A DNA stretch of 16,432 nucleotides. Origin: Verrucomicrobiales bacterium (GTDB lineage Bacteria > Verrucomicrobiota > Verrucomicrobiia > Verrucomicrobiales > SLCJ01). The position numbers and the translations under genes are program-made. The stretch is from contig JBJTQJ010000039.1 of assembly GCA_046075565.1 (NCBI GenBank), positions 1-16,432 on the forward strand. The letters run 5' to 3'. Below, in pieces: positions 14,994 through 16,432 of the stretch. Position 1 is the first letter of the stretch. Each line of letters begins with the position of its first letter. A model generated the notes under the pieces. It was given only the letters and a program-made list of their open reading frames with translations. It did not search any database and was not told the DNA's origin.

Positions 14994-16432
14994 ATGAAAA
15001 CCAAATCCGGCCTCCGCCGCCCCCTCGTCCTTTGCGCCTCCGCCATTCTCGCGGGTTCCTCCGCTTATGCCGGCAACACCTGGGATGGTGGCGGCAGTGA
15101 TGGCAATTGGTCCACCAACGCCAACTGGGATTCTGACACCGCTCCTGGTTACGGCACCCTGACCTTCGCCGGTTCCACCCGGACCACGAACATCGTGGAT
15201 GCGAACTACAACATGAACATGCTCCTGTGGACCGGCAGCAGCGCATGGACACTCAACAACTCCGGTGGTTCGGTTGTCTCACTCTACGACAACAGCGGCG
15301 CGGCCGCCAAGTTGGAGAACCAGAGCACCGGTCTGGCCACCATCAACGCCCCCATCACCTTCGCCGCCACCGGCGGTGCCGCGTGGGGCGAGATAAACGC
15401 CGTCGGCGGCGACATGACCTTCGGGTCCGGCACCCTCACGGTCAATGGATCGGCGGTGAACGGCATCAAGATGTTCAGCAGCGGCCGCACTATCACTTAC
15501 AACAACACGGTCAGCGCCACGGGCAAATATTTTGCCACCACGGGTGCCAGCGGCATGACGATGAATGTCGGCGGTGCCTTCACATCGGGCGACATCTACC
15601 TGATGAACGGCAGCACGCTGAAACTCAATTCCGGTGGCTCTATCTCCACCAGCGGCCTGCGCCTCGGGGGCGACTTCGGCACCACGCTTACCCAGAATCT
15701 TGCCCTCGGCGCGACCTTTCAGCTCACGAACCTCAGCGGCGGCCAGAGCTTCAGCAGCATCATCAACACGGTCACCAGCAACACCTCCGGGGCGCTCCTC
15801 ATCGACTCCCAGAACACCAGCGGCACCAACACCCTCTCCAGCAACGTTTTCCTCGACTCCCTCCTCAATGTGAGCCAGGCCGCAGGCGGCACGCTGAGCA
15901 TGACGGGTGTGGTGCAAAACTCCGCCGGCCTTACCAAGACCGGACTCGGAACCCTCTCCCTGACCAACACCAACACCTTCTCCGGCCAACTCACCGTGGC
16001 CAACGGCACGCTGTCCATCGCAAGCATCAACAACGTGAGCGCCAACGGCGTGCTCGGCAACAGCGCCAACGCCGTCATCCTCGGCTCCAGCGGCAATACC
16101 GGCACGCTACTTTACACCGATACCACTGCTACCCCCAGTAGCACGAAACCGTTCTCCATCGCCAGCGGTGGCACGGGCGTGATCAACGTCAACAACAGTG
16201 CTACAGCCCTCACGATAAGCGGTGCTTTTAGCGGCACGGGCAGTTTCACCAAGAGCGGTGCGGGCAGCCTGTACCTGACAACCACCAACACAGGCTTCAA
16301 TCCCGGACAAATCAGCATCACGGGTGGAATTCTCCGCATCGGCAACAACACCGCCACCCAACTCAACGCCGGGTCGTACGCGGGAAACATCTCCATTGCC
16401 AGCGGTTCCACCTTGCAGATTTGGAGCACTTC
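14994..16432 (+). CDS. Autotransporter-associated beta-strand repeat (PATR) protein, adhesin-like; 3' truncated and absent from the ORF track
   Basis: My translation from ATG 14994: MKTKSGLRRPLVLCASAILAGSSAYA (signal peptide), then GNTWDGGGSDGNWSTNANW. Repeats GLTKTGLGTLSLTNTNTFSGQLTVANGTLSI (~15927-16019) and FTKSGAGSLYLTTTNTG..GQISITGGILRI (~16245-16340). G/T/S/N-rich; no stop seen before the window end. Confidence 0.92.
   Translation, partial: MKTKSGLRRPLVLCASAILAGSSAYAGNTWDGGGSDGNWSTNANWDSDTAPGYGTLTFAGSTRTTNIVDANYNMNMLLWTGSSAWTLNNSGGSVVSLYDNSGAAAKLENQSTGLATINAPITFAATGGAAWGEINAVGGDMTFGSGTLTVNGSAVNGIKMFSSGRTITYNNTVSATGKYFATTGASGMTMNVGGAFTSGDIYLMNGSTLKLNSGGSISTSGLRLGGDFGTTLTQNLALGATFQLTNLSGGQSFSSIINTVTSNTSGALLIDSQNTSGTNTLSSNVFLDSLLNVSQAAGGTLSMTGVVQNSAGLTKTGLGTLSLTNTNTFSGQLTVANGTLSIASINNVSANGVLGNSANAVILGSSGNTGTLLYTDTTATPSSTKPFSIASGGTGVINVNNSATALTISGAFSGTGSFTKSGAGSLYLTTTNTGFNPGQISITGGILRIGNNTATQLNAGSYAGNISIASGSTLQIWST

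Noticed and set aside
15227-16141. 304-aa His/Gln/Arg-rich ORF
   Set aside because: Off-frame reading of the PATR gene, whose true frame starts at 14994.

Overview
GC-rich bacterial DNA whose gene content (PEP-CTERM protein, PVC-type heme-binding dehydrogenase-like protein, GntR/LacI hybrid regulator, autotransporter-associated beta-strand repeat protein) points to Verrucomicrobiota; this assignment is inference. From left to right: (1) the 3' part of a PEP-CTERM surface protein gene, followed 15 nt later by an 894-aa fusion of alkaline-phosphatase-superfamily, TPR and PAPS-dependent sulfotransferase domains; (2) an accessory block (~3144-7141) with a RAYT/Y1 HUH transposase bracketed by exact 21-bp direct repeats, a DUF104-like antitoxin with a PemK/MazF toxin frameshifted by a perfect 17-bp tandem duplication, an apparently intact hipBA module and a REP doublet; (3) a large secreted beta-propeller/HEAT/cytochrome c protein containing what looks like a circularly permuted NPCBM domain; (4) an Fe3+/thiamine-class ABC binding protein and permease with no ATPase; (5) a GntR-LacI regulator divergent from a 3'-truncated adhesin-like gene that the ORF track misses. 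Three genes share a TTGAnn-N16/18-TAnnnT-N6-ATG layout that suggests leaderless transcripts. All family calls come from motif recognition by eye; no database searches were run.
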